Source of the DNA: Azolla caroliniana
Lineage: Eukaryota > Plantae > Polypodiophyta
Reading direction: 5' to 3'
Length of the DNA stretch: 64,000 nt
NCBI GenBank assembly: GCA_043228905.1
Contig: JBHGNT010000004.1
Location: 3,596,001-3,660,000, forward strand
Shown: piece after piece, positions 44,549 to 57,476 of the stretch
Layout: every line of letters starts with the position of its first letter
Numbering within the stretch: the stretch's first letter is position 1
The notes under the pieces: generated by a model
The model's input: only the letters and a program-made list of their open reading frames with translations
Told to the model about the DNA's origin: nothing
The model's database searches: none
Made by a program: the position numbers and the translations under genes

Positions 44549-45129
44549 TGGATAGTTGTCTAAGAGATTTTTCAGCACAATGGGAGTCAACCAACTCTTG
44601 ACTACCTTGTTTGGTAAGTATATAGATCATCTCCATGAATTTCATTGAGCTGAAGCTCAACATGAAAATATGGCATTACCCTACGTACCGTGAACCATGA
44701 AATTATGAAATGAATAATGCAATCATGAATATTCAACATGACCCATCAGAAATAAATCATGAGAATATGAGTCTTGAGCCCAATTGACGGTGTGTATTCC
44801 TATGAAATGAGAATAATGGCAGAAATGTGGTTAGATAACCTAAACATGTAAAGTAACTCTTTGACACCACCAAATTCAGAAGAAAAGAAGAGAAAGCATA
44901 GAGATTAAATGAACGCACATACCATGACGAACCCCCATTAGCATCCTATGTCCAGCGTAACAAAATCTGTAATTCAAATAATCATGTCACAACTACAAAG
45001 ACAAGACACCCTTCAGATTGCCCTCTACTAGAGCTTGTGCTGATCGATTCTATGCCTTGCTCTGAGCATAACGGTAATCACATGGGCTGTTGATTTCCAT
45101 TTGTACTTGAAAAATTTGTGACAACCACC

Positions 45130-46620
45130 ATCACAATGGGAAATGGTAAGTAATTACGCTGATGGTTGTTGAAGAGATCAAGGGGGGATTTTTCTAGTGC
45201 AAAAAACATGGGTAAGATCCTCCTTTCATTTGGTCACAATATAAGGATTAGATCCTTCACTTACCTCACCAATTGTCATTGTTAATTCTAATTTGTAGAT
45301 TCCATGGTTCCACAAGTAATTTCCACAAACGCAAGAGCTTCCTGCATTTGGGTCTCTTTGGTTAGTGACAAAGGGCCGCATACTTAACCACCCAAATGGC
45401 TTTAGCAACCGAGCATGTAATGAACCTATGTAATAACTCAACCTTTGTACAGAAAAAACCATGTGGGATTCGAAGTATATCTTCATTAAAAGTCATTGCC
45501 AAAGGCAACCCATTGATTCGAAATATATCTTCGTTTAAAGTCATTTCCAAAGGCAACCCATCGACCATTACACGCCAAAGAAACGGCATTGCACAAAATG
45601 GAAGATGAGAATGCCATCCTGCTTCTAAAACTCAGCACCACCACTTCACACATCGGGTTAATGCGCCATGTACCCAAAACCTTCTTTGCTAACCAAGCTC
45701 TTTCTTCAACCAACTTATGGTATACACTAAAAGTGTGCACCACAACTATCTATTTTTCACTACCAAATGACCAATCTTTCCATGGCGCCTTAACCACCAA
45801 CTTGGGATTTGGGGAATTTAGTATGTGAAACTACTTCAAAGTGTCTGAAAGGCCATCATTTTACTATGTGACTCTAAGATAGCATCGTCCAATGTTACCG
45901 AGCCATGCCTTACCATTCAATTGAATTGTGAATTGTGACTTTCTTTTCCATCCCAGAATAGTATCCTTGAGGTGGCCACAACCTCTACTACCAAAGAATT
46001 ACTATATTTTATACTCTCCAATTGAAAAAGTTCATACATGGTTGCCAAGAGAGCACTAATTGCTAACCAATAATAGATCCTAAACTTTTAAATGCTCGAG
46101 TACTATTAACAACATGCAACCACAAAGTTGAATTCTCATTTTTCCTATGGTATATACCCACCTCCACAAAATGAAAAATTATTTCTACCCAAGGTTGAGT
46201 GCTTACGTACATACCTTTTAAAAGGTTAAATCTTTGAGCTACCATATGATCTTCTAAATCTTGTAAAGCAACCCCTACACATTTTGGGATAGATATATTG
46301 TTCCATTTAACCCAACTCATACCAATTATTGACTCTTTCTTGTACAACGTATATTTAAATGAACAAGCCAAATGATCAAGTTGGCTCTTTGTCCATGGTG
46401 TTTCTCTCTTTCATCCTAAATAAGTATTTTACATCATTGATCACTAGCTTGCAAAATCATATTCCTTGAAATGAATATAACGGATGGAAGTTTTTTTGCT
46501 ATGGCCTAAATTGACAATCCTTTCAAACCAAACTCTAGAGACATGATGCAACTTGGTGTACTTAGCCTTCTTTCAAAAAAAAAAATCAAACAATGAAAAG
46601 TACTACAAAAACCAACATCC
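45130..46620 (-). mobile_element. Degenerate L1-clade LINE ORF2 3' fragment
   Basis: VKWNNISIPKCVGVALQDL (W..I..PK..GGLG..DL motif) and FLWRVMVDGLPL (zf-RVT). Internal ~48-bp duplication at 45472-45565. Confidence 0.75.
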
Positions 46621-47909
46621 TCAAATGTATTAAGATGAAGACAAATATTTGGTGCCAACAAATAATTGAACTACATTTGGAAATGTAGTCTTCAAGCCAA
46701 AATTATTAACCTCATGGAAACACTATATGAGGAACCCACATACTCCTCAACTACATGCAAAAGAAACTGAATGGTTCCTAATCATGTATGTCAAAGATCA
46801 CTCTTTTCAATAAGTTCACACAAATACCATCTTTCAATTACATTTTTATTAGCTTTCATTTATTCCTTGGCACATGTCATAGATTTTTTAATACAAAAGT
46901 TTAGGATTGGCTTAGATGAGCTTCCCAACATTTATGATAGTATTTAACATTAATTAAAACCAAACACGCAATAAACATTGCATCTTCCACGCAAAATTGT
47001 CTTCAATGGTTCTATTGGAATAATGAATTCACTGTAGGCACCCATATAGATTAAACAAAGGTTGGCAACTTAAATACAAACTTATTACCTTGCCTTTTAA
47101 AAGAAAAAGCTTCTCTCAGCCATATTTTGTTTGCATGGTTTGGCCATGTGATGTCGTGACTTCAATACAAAGTTCTTCTCCTATGCCTTTGAATGGACAA
47201 TGCTCCTTTCACTCATGTTTTATTTGCATGGTTTTACCCAATGGGTGCCTACTAAATCCCTTTAGATAGTTACTTTTTGCAAGGTTTTCCTTCTTCATCA
47301 CAGTATCAATTGTGCTCTCCAGAGATAGCATTGCAAAATACTTAAGTATACATCTTGAACAGTTGCTGAAGCAATATACCATACCATACACATCTGCTTT
47401 TCAATACATGCACATTATATAACTTCAAAAACTCCAGTACCATACACGATTTGCATATTTTAGGCTTATGGTCCTAACAGCCACTTTCTACATACTGTGA
47501 GCGTTGCGTTGCATCCATGTTCCCACCCATCTCTTCATGCAGAAACATTGCAAACAAGTCCATTCAAAATCATTACCATAAAGGGTGAGAAATATTTCCA
47601 ATTTACACTCCAGAAAAGAAAAATGAAAGGCAATAACATGATTTATTACCACAATTCATTATCCTTGCAAAAGATTATATTTGGTAGCAAACCTAGGAAA
47701 TGTTTCGAGAATTTAGATTATTTCTCTGCAAGCCAATGAAATTTCAAGAATTCAAAAAACTGTCGGAATATCGAGAATCAAATCACTCAGAAATAGAGTA
47801 CCCTGGCACATCATCCAACAATCAACAACTTCCCGTTTATACTGATAACCAGAGGTGAAATTTTGCACTGAGTATACCGCTATAGAGAACTAAGCTTCTT
47901 TATATTCAG

Positions 47910-50900
47910 CTACACTCTTTTCCGAGTTGAATGATCATATAGAACTACTTGTTCATATTCATCAGTTTCAATCTGTGATATGTTATTTCAATACAAATGA
48001 GATGCCACTTCATCCTAAATTTGATGTTTTAACATAATTATACAGAAAGCCATCTGATATGAGAATTTACATATAGAGGAAGCGAGCAAATGCCAAAAGA
48101 ATGTATGCATCAGACAGAAAATTTTAGATGCGACGGTCATGTCACGTTTGAAAGAAATTCAGTCTATATATGTCGTAAAAGAAAAATAGAAATCATAAAA
48201 TATTAACTTATATTTAACCACTAGAAAACAATCTTTGCATCATACCATAATTCGTGTAGAATTGTCTCCAGGTTCTCCATTTGGATCAACCTATTGAATT
48301 TTGTATTTTTGACATGCAACTCCAAAACAAGTGATTCAGAAACATTCAAATCTTAAAGATAAGATTATTCTACAAGAAGTGCCAAAGGCAGTTAACAGTG
48401 AGTTTCAGAAACATTTTAAAGTGTGATATTTCATTTGTCCTGCAGGTTAATCTAGTTTACTGCCAGGAATGGGAGAAATGCTGTTAACGAGCATTTCTAG
48501 AAGAGGTAGGATGATGAATGTTTGTAGCAAGTGCAGGCATAGCATAACCAAAGAGTTGTAGCTTAGTTAGTGAGGTTGTCTGGCAAACCAGAAGGCAATG
48601 CACGGAACCTCCTACATTCTCCAGTTGCATCTAGTAAAGAAGCGCATGAAACGAGCTAAATACTGCTTCTTGTGTTACCTGGCCCATTATATGATTCTCA
48701 CACAGAATGTGTGGGATAAAGCATGCAGCTGAACCTGTATTTTACTACTTGGGAGAAATTCTCAAAGATTTTATTCTATCCAGATGCATATATATAGAGG
48801 AAGGCTATCAAACACCCTATTGTGCGAGAATTAGCTCTTTCTCTGGGAAGCATAGGATAGAGAGATGAGACATTTTGGTTTGTCCCTCCAGCAGGCAACC
48901 TTGTTACAGAAAACCCGGCAAGAGACCTACCTTGCCCCCAAAGTCTTTCACACGGTGAAAGTGTGGTGAAAGCGTGGCTTACAACTAGGTATAGCCCTAA
49001 CACCAAAAAGAAAAGAAGTGGAGGCAGAAATGCTACTGTGATTTCCATTGAGAGAGAGAAAGATCTGTCCTCCATAGTTCTCCAATAGCTATTTTAATGC
49101 CTTGCACTCTCTATCTTGAAAACGATCTCTAAGGGTTGCTCCCCTGTAAGAATCCATGTAGCTAATGGCTTGGCATGAGTGATTGACCACTCAGTTAGAA
49201 GATGATAAGATCTCAATCAAGATCCAACCAACCCCACAAGGTGCACCAGCCTCTGGCTTTAGAATAAACCTTAGATTACTAATAATGACATATTAAAAGA
49301 ACTATGAATCGTAGTTTTCCTGCCAGCCATTCGTTTGCTTGCACTGTGCAAGATGGAAAGTTGTTGGAAGAGCAGATTTACATTGAGTATCTTTCTGTCT
49401 TTCTTATTTTTGAACAGCAATCCATCAGCACTTTCTGCAACCACCTGCGAATAATACATTTTCCTTCAGCCTCTATGCATATAGACAAACAACACCATAT
49501 TGCTAAATTTTGATCAGACAATGAGCTACCTGATAGGTGGATGAGGAGTTAGAGTATGAGTTTAGTGTGACCCTGTAATCATAATAGTATCAAAACAAAT
49601 CAATTGTATCCAGATTGGCAAAGTAAAGATACTATATTCTGAATTTATGACATTATAGGTGTTAAGTTAATGTATCTTATGCATTAAAAGTTTTTGCGCA
49701 AATTAGCTACTGCCCTTTCTCCCCATAACCTCTCTGTACACACACCATCACATCTTTACAACAAAAATGTCATCATGCGTTCTCCACCTGGTTAGGCTAT
49801 GGATGTTTTTAAACTGTTCAATAGGTAAGCATGCACATAAGTATCCTGGTCCACTTTCCTAGAGTATAATTACCCTCTTGTCGAATGACAGAGTGACAAA
49901 ACTACCAATATTCAAGTGCACTTCAAGGAAGAATATGTTTATCTATCAATATAATTCCTATATAGGAGACAAGTATCAAACAAATTATTTTCGATTGCTC
50001 AACCTTTTGATTGCAAATGAATGTAACACCTGAACCTCATATATACTTCGGTTTTTATTTCCATAGCACTTAGGTCATCTAAGAAGATACCAGAGAAACC
50101 TTTAATAAGTTATGAGCCCTGAGTTTCTAAGTTCTTATATTGGAAAGGCCATTTCTAATATGCTCAGCATCACTTCAAGCATGCATTCCTAAAACTACCC
50201 AGACTGTTATGCTTATTCTAAAACTCAGAATGTGACCAGTTCTTTTATTTGTACATAACATTCAATTCACGATCAACACATGTTACTACGGTATTAACCA
50301 TATGATTCTTGAGGATATTATAAATTGCTTACTTCTGTCAGTCATTCTTCATCATATATTTATCAAATTACCTTATGAACTAAACAAACTCTAAAGAAGG
50401 AAAGATGCGAAAACAGACCAGTTATAATAAGATAAATCACTTGGCGTAGGAAGAAGGCGTTGTTTGCGATCAAAAATTGGTTCTAGATCTTCAGTTTTTA
50501 AGCGTTCTCCATAATCAATATAACCAGATATCTTTAAAAAACAAAATTTAGTTATGCACCATCCAAACAAGAAGCTGTAACATATATATCTTTGTTAATC
50601 ATCCACAAATTTTCTGTTTTCTGAAAAAAAAAACCCATTGAGAGTGTTGATTCTGACATCATAAATATAGTTAAGAGACAGTTATGTTATGGCAAGGCTC
50701 AGGATGAGGGCAGATGAGGATAGGTTGATGAGGAGGTGCAACATTATGAGTTCTAGCACGTTATATCCAGTCTCCTTGAGCCTTATATGAAGCTTTGATT
50801 GATTGATACACTAGCCATACATAATCTCTTGCATTGAGTGCATTTATGGGGGACCTATGATTTATAATAATGAACTCTAACTTCAATAGCACGTAGATGC

Positions 50901-52967
50901 AGGATAGTTGGTCATTTAGAGGAATAATTTATTTCATGTACTTTTTTTTACTTCACATCTTCAGCAACTGTCTTGATCTACAAATGTCTATTAATATGCA
51001 TGTTATATCATATGCCTTCAAATACTTCACCAACCTCATGACCTTTATGATTGTAGTCGCGTATAAAAATTATTGTCTGCAAAGTGTTAAAGTTTACCAA
51101 TCCATGTGGATTATTATTGAAATTCCATTCACGATGACAATTAAATGGCAAATAAAATATAGCTGTCATTGCAAAGATACAGCCAAATTTCCATGTCGAA
51201 CCATATGTTCTCTTTTTGCCAAAGCCTACCAAAGAAGCAAAACCAAAAAAGGGGTCAACATAGGTGACCTTTCCCAAACCCCTTCAAAATTACATGAAAA
51301 AAATAATAGTTCATTGAAGAATTTTTCTTAAGCAAATGTTGACTCCCTTCACAATAGATTTAATACCTTCAAAAATGGAAATCCCTCAAGATCTTTCCCA
51401 GCACTAAAAATTTTCTTTGGAACTTTTTGCAATGCCTGAAATGCCAATAGAAAATCATCTGTCTAATATAAGTTTCAAGATACCTATGCAAGGAAAAAGG
51501 ACACGTGCATAGCAATAAAATTAGTGCTATAGAGAAAATAATCTAGAGGCATAGGATTGGACCTATATCGTGAAGTCGACTAATATGGAATGTTAACCAT
51601 GGTACATAAAGACCAAATGTATATTCATATTATTCAATTGTTCGGCCACACTAAAATGTCTGTAGGGAACACACAAAAACTGGGAATGTCTGTCTCCTAA
51701 AATATAGACACATGCTTGGAACAGAATGTAAAGTGTGATGCAATCCTGGTCATTTTCAAAAGAAAGAATAAATTTTTACAGCACTAAGCCAGTAAGAATA
51801 CTGAATTGAGAGAAGCAAGGTAAAGAATCATTCAGGACAATCTGAAGTAAGTTGGTAACATCTCCATTAATCATAAGATAAGGTAGGTATTATCAAAGCA
51901 TTGCAATATTAATTTGTCCAGACTAGAGTACCTAATTACCTGTAAACGTTCATTCTCTAATTTCTCTTTCTGAGTTGTAAATTGTTCCCTAGTCATTATT
52001 TCTGCATTACTTCGATAGCTGTGCATGTAGATGCAGCAGAAAGATAATCAATCAACAAAGTTGCGCAAATCATTGCAAAGGGACAAAGTCGTGGAAGTAT
52101 TAAAGTTCTTGGGGTTTTGGATTTACTGTATGATGTACTAAGAATGCTAGAGTTATGCGATGTGTGTTTCTTACTTGCATGTATTTTTCCACAAAGAACA
52201 AAACTAATGACTTAGGAAGAGCACTACAAGTTATGCAATGCCCATTTGATAATACTATGAAGTTTTTGAATGCCTTAATTGAAATTAATGCTCAATTTTA
52301 TATGTCAACCTAAAACGAAAGATGATGATAGAGTAAAGGGACTTTCTTCAAGCAAGATGAAGTCTTTCAAACAAACCTAAGCTACAGAAGAACAAAGAGG
52401 AAACCAATTAAAAGGCGAATTTAATCCTGCGACTTTCGCATTCTAAGTATGCCTTGCTGGAAATGAGTAAGCAAGATAAGACTCTAAAACAAAGAGAAAA
52501 CATAGAGGTACTGGAAATTTTACATTTACATGCCTTTGCAAAGAAATGCATACACTGTAGCGAATCAAATTAATACCAAGATGAGTGCTTGAAAGCAAAA
52601 GCGCCAGCATAGAGTTTGTACTCTTGAGGCAGTACATCAGACTGATATTAATGAAGAGAGGAAGAGAGAAATTTACCCTAATTCCACCAATTGCCTGGCA
52701 AGATCAATGTCTCCGAGATAGAAAAGATCCGTTGAAGTGATCTGGCTGTCAAGATATTCCTCATATCTAAAATATGAAAGAGATTACATTAGAGATATAA
52801 TAAATGTAGCAGAGAGAGGGAGAGAGAAGGGAGAATGTTAGCGGACGATGGAGAAGAGAAAGAGAGAGTTCTTACGTTTCGAAGGATTGGACGATGGCGT
52901 CGCCATAGGAGCCGGCGAAGGTGGGGAGGGAGACAGTCGCACGCCGTCTGATGATGCTCGCCGCCAT
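47910..52967 (-). CDS. CFAP299: Cilia- and flagella-associated protein 299 (DUF4464, C4orf22 homolog), 11 exons, ~247 aa
   Basis: Exons 52967-52876, 52766-52677, 52018-51940, 51435-51367, 51225-51181, 51076-51035, 50531-50419, 49572-49530, 49444-49382, 48290-48246 and 47972-47910 join in frame (744 nt). Translation includes [93 protein letters not shown] and YEQVVLYDH, all characteristic of DUF4464. Confidence 0.92.
48482..49235 (+). mobile_element. Possible solo-LTR-like insertion in CFAP299 intron 9
   Basis: Compositionally distinct, GC-richer block starting TGTTAAC with a TATA-like tatatatagagg. The 3' end and TSD are not clearly identifiable. Confidence 0.3.
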
Positions 52968-53064
52968 AGCCGGATGGATTGTTGCAGGAGGAGGAGCAGA
53001 GAAACAAACAGAGGAACGAACAAGAAAACAGAGAGAAACAGAGGGACAAAATGTATGTATACCG

Positions 53065-53340
53065 TATAATGTATTGTAAGTACCATACTATGAACCATAC
53101 GTACCATACGTGCTTTTCTCATTCGAGAATGTTTCAATCCCTTCGAGTATGGTAAACACCCTTTGAAGTATGGTAAATACTATCCTTTTGTATTCATTAT
53201 TTATTATAAGGCAAAAAAAAATTAATTTAAGGTAAAAGGTGTTTTTGTTTTTAAAAAAACATAAGAATGTTTTGATAACATACGCATTCGTATGGAAAAA
53301 AGATGTTTGCCAATACATTCGAGTATATTACGTACTATAA
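53065..53340. mobile_element. Dispersed non-coding element in the CFAP299 upstream region (inverted copy of 3145-3395)
   Basis: Reverse-complement match to 3145-3395 over ~250 bp. Confidence 0.75.
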
Positions 53341-56300
53341 GTTATAACAACCGATTTTTATACATACATCATTGGAAAGGAAGCAAATTCAGATTCGAAC
53401 CCAAGACTTCTTCTTCTTCTTCTTCTTAAGTCTTTCTTTGATTCCATTGAAGAAGAAAAACAAACACACTTTTGAGTCTTGACCACCCCGCAACACCACA
53501 ACGGCATCAACCCATGGCATGGATGCGCCTTCCATGTGTGTCAGTGCACACATTGCGTTTGCGTGTGTAGCTGAAGGATTGATCCAAATGGGCGTGATGT
53601 AGCGTGGCGTGACCCCGTGCGAATCGAGATCACGCGCCCATCCCCCACCTCAGTCACTCTTGTCCCGATCTCAACCTTTGTCTACCTCCCTCGTAGAACA
53701 AACCGCATGCACATATGCCCCTTGCCCTTCTTCTATTGGTTGTGCAAAGGACTCCCATTGATGTCATATCTCTCTCCTGTCACCTTCATGTTGCACTTTT
53801 TTATGGAGGAGTGACTGAGTGTCGGCCGGTCTCCAAACCAAGAGCTGCACTAGAACAAAAAAAGCCTTGCCGCACCATCGGCTTGGCCAGCTTTTCCAAG
53901 TATCATTCCTTGTCATTGCAAACTACACCACCCTCCCTATTCATTCGTTTGTTCGTTTGGTACAAGAAGAGGTCGAATGTCGAATATATGTGTGCATACA
54001 TGTGGAAGTCACAAACTACCTAGTCTTTCATACGTTTCTTTGAGGAGAAAAACTATATATCCATCCATCCCATGTATGAATAAGAACCAACCAATGCCCT
54101 TTCCATTTTCTTAATCTTTTTATTACACATTTACTTCGGATGCCCTGTATTGGTCCCTCCGAACACAAGCATATATGTTCATTTATATTTTTTTCATAAG
54201 AAAGTTATCCTTCCATTAGTCCATTATCACGTGAGCATTGTTCAATGGCTTCCTAGCTCAATCAATATTTCTTAACAAAGACACTTAATCAAGTAACATG
54301 CTCATTTACAATCTTATGAATGTTTTTTTTGAGTTGCGTACTAAAATGATGCATGAATGCATATCATGAAAAGTGTGTCATCTTAAATTCACTTAATTGA
54401 GTTATAATCAATAGGTGCATATGTATTTATAATCTCGAAACGGAATTGATTGCATGGCAAATATGTGTAATACATAAAACTACATTCGTGTCAAAAGTAG
54501 TCGGTAATAACTCTTGTGACGATTAACAATGGAATTTATATGCTTTTATAGGCATGTATCATACGATATCCTTACGTGTCAAATTTGGGAGTTCGAAACA
54601 CGAGGCGCATATGCCCATTAATATGTTGCTCTTTTCAAGGGGGTGCCTCTATAAATATCTTGTAATCTATGGTTTTTTAGTTATCTTACTCCTACGTATC
54701 TTACACGTCTTGATGAGCTTTAGGGTCTTTTACTATTGGGCACATGGTATGCACATACAAATTTAGATGTGGACGTGGACATACCACTCAAGCTACCTAT
54801 AGATGACATACTTTGAGAAGAACGTTGAATATCAACTTCAAAGAGGGTGCAAGTATTAGCAAAATGATATACTACAGTGTCACCAATGCAATCCGACAAA
54901 CGCAAGAAGCACACTTGAGTGAGCCAACCAACCAGTCTCAACATTGTAACTCTCATCTACACCCAAATTAGTAATCTCAACACTTAGAGAGACTTGCTCA
55001 ATGGAGAACGCATACTCTCCCTTAAATGGGAAGCTGAATTGAAGTGTGCTTCAAAATTATAAATATATATGTTGCTCATTATTGTGTATATGTGTAGCTA
55101 CACTTTCATCAACCAGGCCTTGGGTTCAAAATCCACCTATTTTCACTAGTTTGCTAGATGGATACAACTTAATCTTGTTTGATTATTATCATTGTTTCTC
55201 TCCCTCTCTTGGGTTTGAAACCCACACGTTTCATTGTTTCCTCTAGCAAATGACCACGAAGATTGTAAGTGGCACAACCCACAAACATATTGTTTTTTGA
55301 CAAACAATGTTTGCCAAATGGCCTACGCCATCTCCCTCGCGTTTTATTGTCCATCTTTACACCGTTGTTTCATTTCCTCTATCAAACTTGTGATGCCTTC
55401 CTGTCCACTTTCAAACCTCTCTCTCTCTCTCTCGTATAAGTAAATAAGTACTACCATTTTTTAGATGACTTAAAGAATAAGGTTTAAGCACAATAATAAG
55501 GCAACATGGCCAATACGTGTCTAAATTGATAAAGCAAAACTTTATGATGACAATGAGGGTAGAAAAGGTTAGAATGATTCTAGAATTGTATGACATAAGC
55601 TTTATACATATGAAAAGGTTGCATAATTATCTTTTCTTTTTCCGGATAACACTGTTTTAACGTGTTCTAGTATTTGTAATTCATGTCACTATGAGACCGA
55701 TTCTTCAACAAACATAGATTTCATGTTTCCTTTTGATTATTATAAAGAAGGTGCCATTTTTCTTGTTTTTGGTTGTACTTTCAATGGCGACTGTATCAAT
55801 GATGGAATTATATAATATTTATATATGTACATATCACATGATGGCCTTTAGAGTTAGAGGGAGATTAAAAGATATAGATGCCAACTTGCATAGATATTTC
55901 CAAATGATCACATTTTTTCAATCAAGATCCTCAAACCACGATGAAAAGGTTGACTACATTTACGTCACCCATTATATGCGAGTTTATATTTTCTTTGATC
56001 TTTGAACTATCTAAGATAATTAATAGTTTTGGAGATTCATTATTACTTTTGCCTAGTTATAATATTACTTATATTATAGGAGAATAACACAAAGCGCTCA
56101 CAATGTTTGACTGAAAATCATGGAATGAAGTTTCAACTAATTTAACATTCAATGGAATCATATAGGAAGTTTGCATCTAATGCCACACAACTTGCTACAA
56201 ATGAATAAATGTAGACTGTACCTTTACTTACATCGAATCAACTTATGCCAAACTAAACACAAATGTTCACTAGACTTTCATCTCTACATAACCTCGACAC

Positions 56301-57476
56301 ATACAAAGAACATTGGTTTTGTATTTGAAGATTATTCCTAATGAGTTTTTTCATTGATCAAACAATCAAAAGAGAATATTGTAGGAGTCTTTTGATCAGG
56401 AAGAAAACAAGCTTAATAGGAATGATCAACTTGTTGATGAATGAATGGAAGTGACGAGCAAGATATCACACAATAAGTCGTTTTCAAGCATGCGAGTTTC
56501 AGAAACATTCTCATTTCATGAGAAAAGCTCAACCATAAATGCTTTTGTGAATTTGTAGCACCAAAGCCAATATATATACTTCCTTTGCACATGTGCTACA
56601 AAAGCAAGGCTACAGAAAAGTGAATCAAATTGTTCTACAATGCAAAGTTTTCTATCGCTATCGTGAGTGATTGACAACAAAGGGGGTTGTCTCACAATGC
56701 TACTTACTTATAGGGGGGCGTTGTATGTGTACGTACATATACAAACCCTTCAATGGATTTGGCTATGATTATGTCTCCTGACAAACCAAAACTAGTAGTT
56801 ACACCACCCATAGTTGGATGAGTCAAAACCAATATATAAGGCATGTCTATGGATGTGCCTGTTTTCACACTCGAGTCAAGGAAGAAAGAGCCAGGAGCCT
56901 AACATGGGTGTCTGAATTCGAAGATGCCGAGAGCTGAAGAACCAATTGTTCTCTTCCGCACACAGTTCTCTTTTTCTTTATAGTTTTAAGAAAACCTCTT
57001 AAAAGTTAAAACACACAAACAATGCAAGATATTTGAGAGGAAGGGAGGGAGGTCCCTCATTTGTAAATATGTGAGAAAGTTGGGGCCTACTTCTGTAATT
57101 TATACAAACAAATACCCCCCCCCCCACACACAGAATAAAGTACACAGTACTACTAGTCTGATAGAAGCAGTGTTGGAGAGCTTCTTTAAGCTCTCTGGCT
57201 ATGGCGATACCTCCTCTTCCTTCTTCCTCCTCCCCATTTTCCCCTTGACACGCGAAGCCTCTCGGAACTGTTTTGAGTTACCTATTTTCTCTCTCTGGGC
57301 ACTTGAAAAAGCAGCGAGATTTCGGTGGAATACAGAAGTTGGGCAGTACTCTGCTCCTCAATTTGTGAAGAAAAGAGGAAATTGTCTGATAGTTGGAGAG
57401 AGGGAGAGAGAGAGAGAGAGAGAGAGGAAAGAAAAGCAAAAGAGAAAAAGAAGGAAAAAGAAAAAGAGAAAGAGAG

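Noticed and set aside
53385-53430. B-box-like GGTTCGAATC on the minus strand (similar motifs near 35390, 36042, 55122, 55211)
   Set aside because: No cloverleaf or A-box at the proper spacing; at most SINE relics, not tRNA genes.
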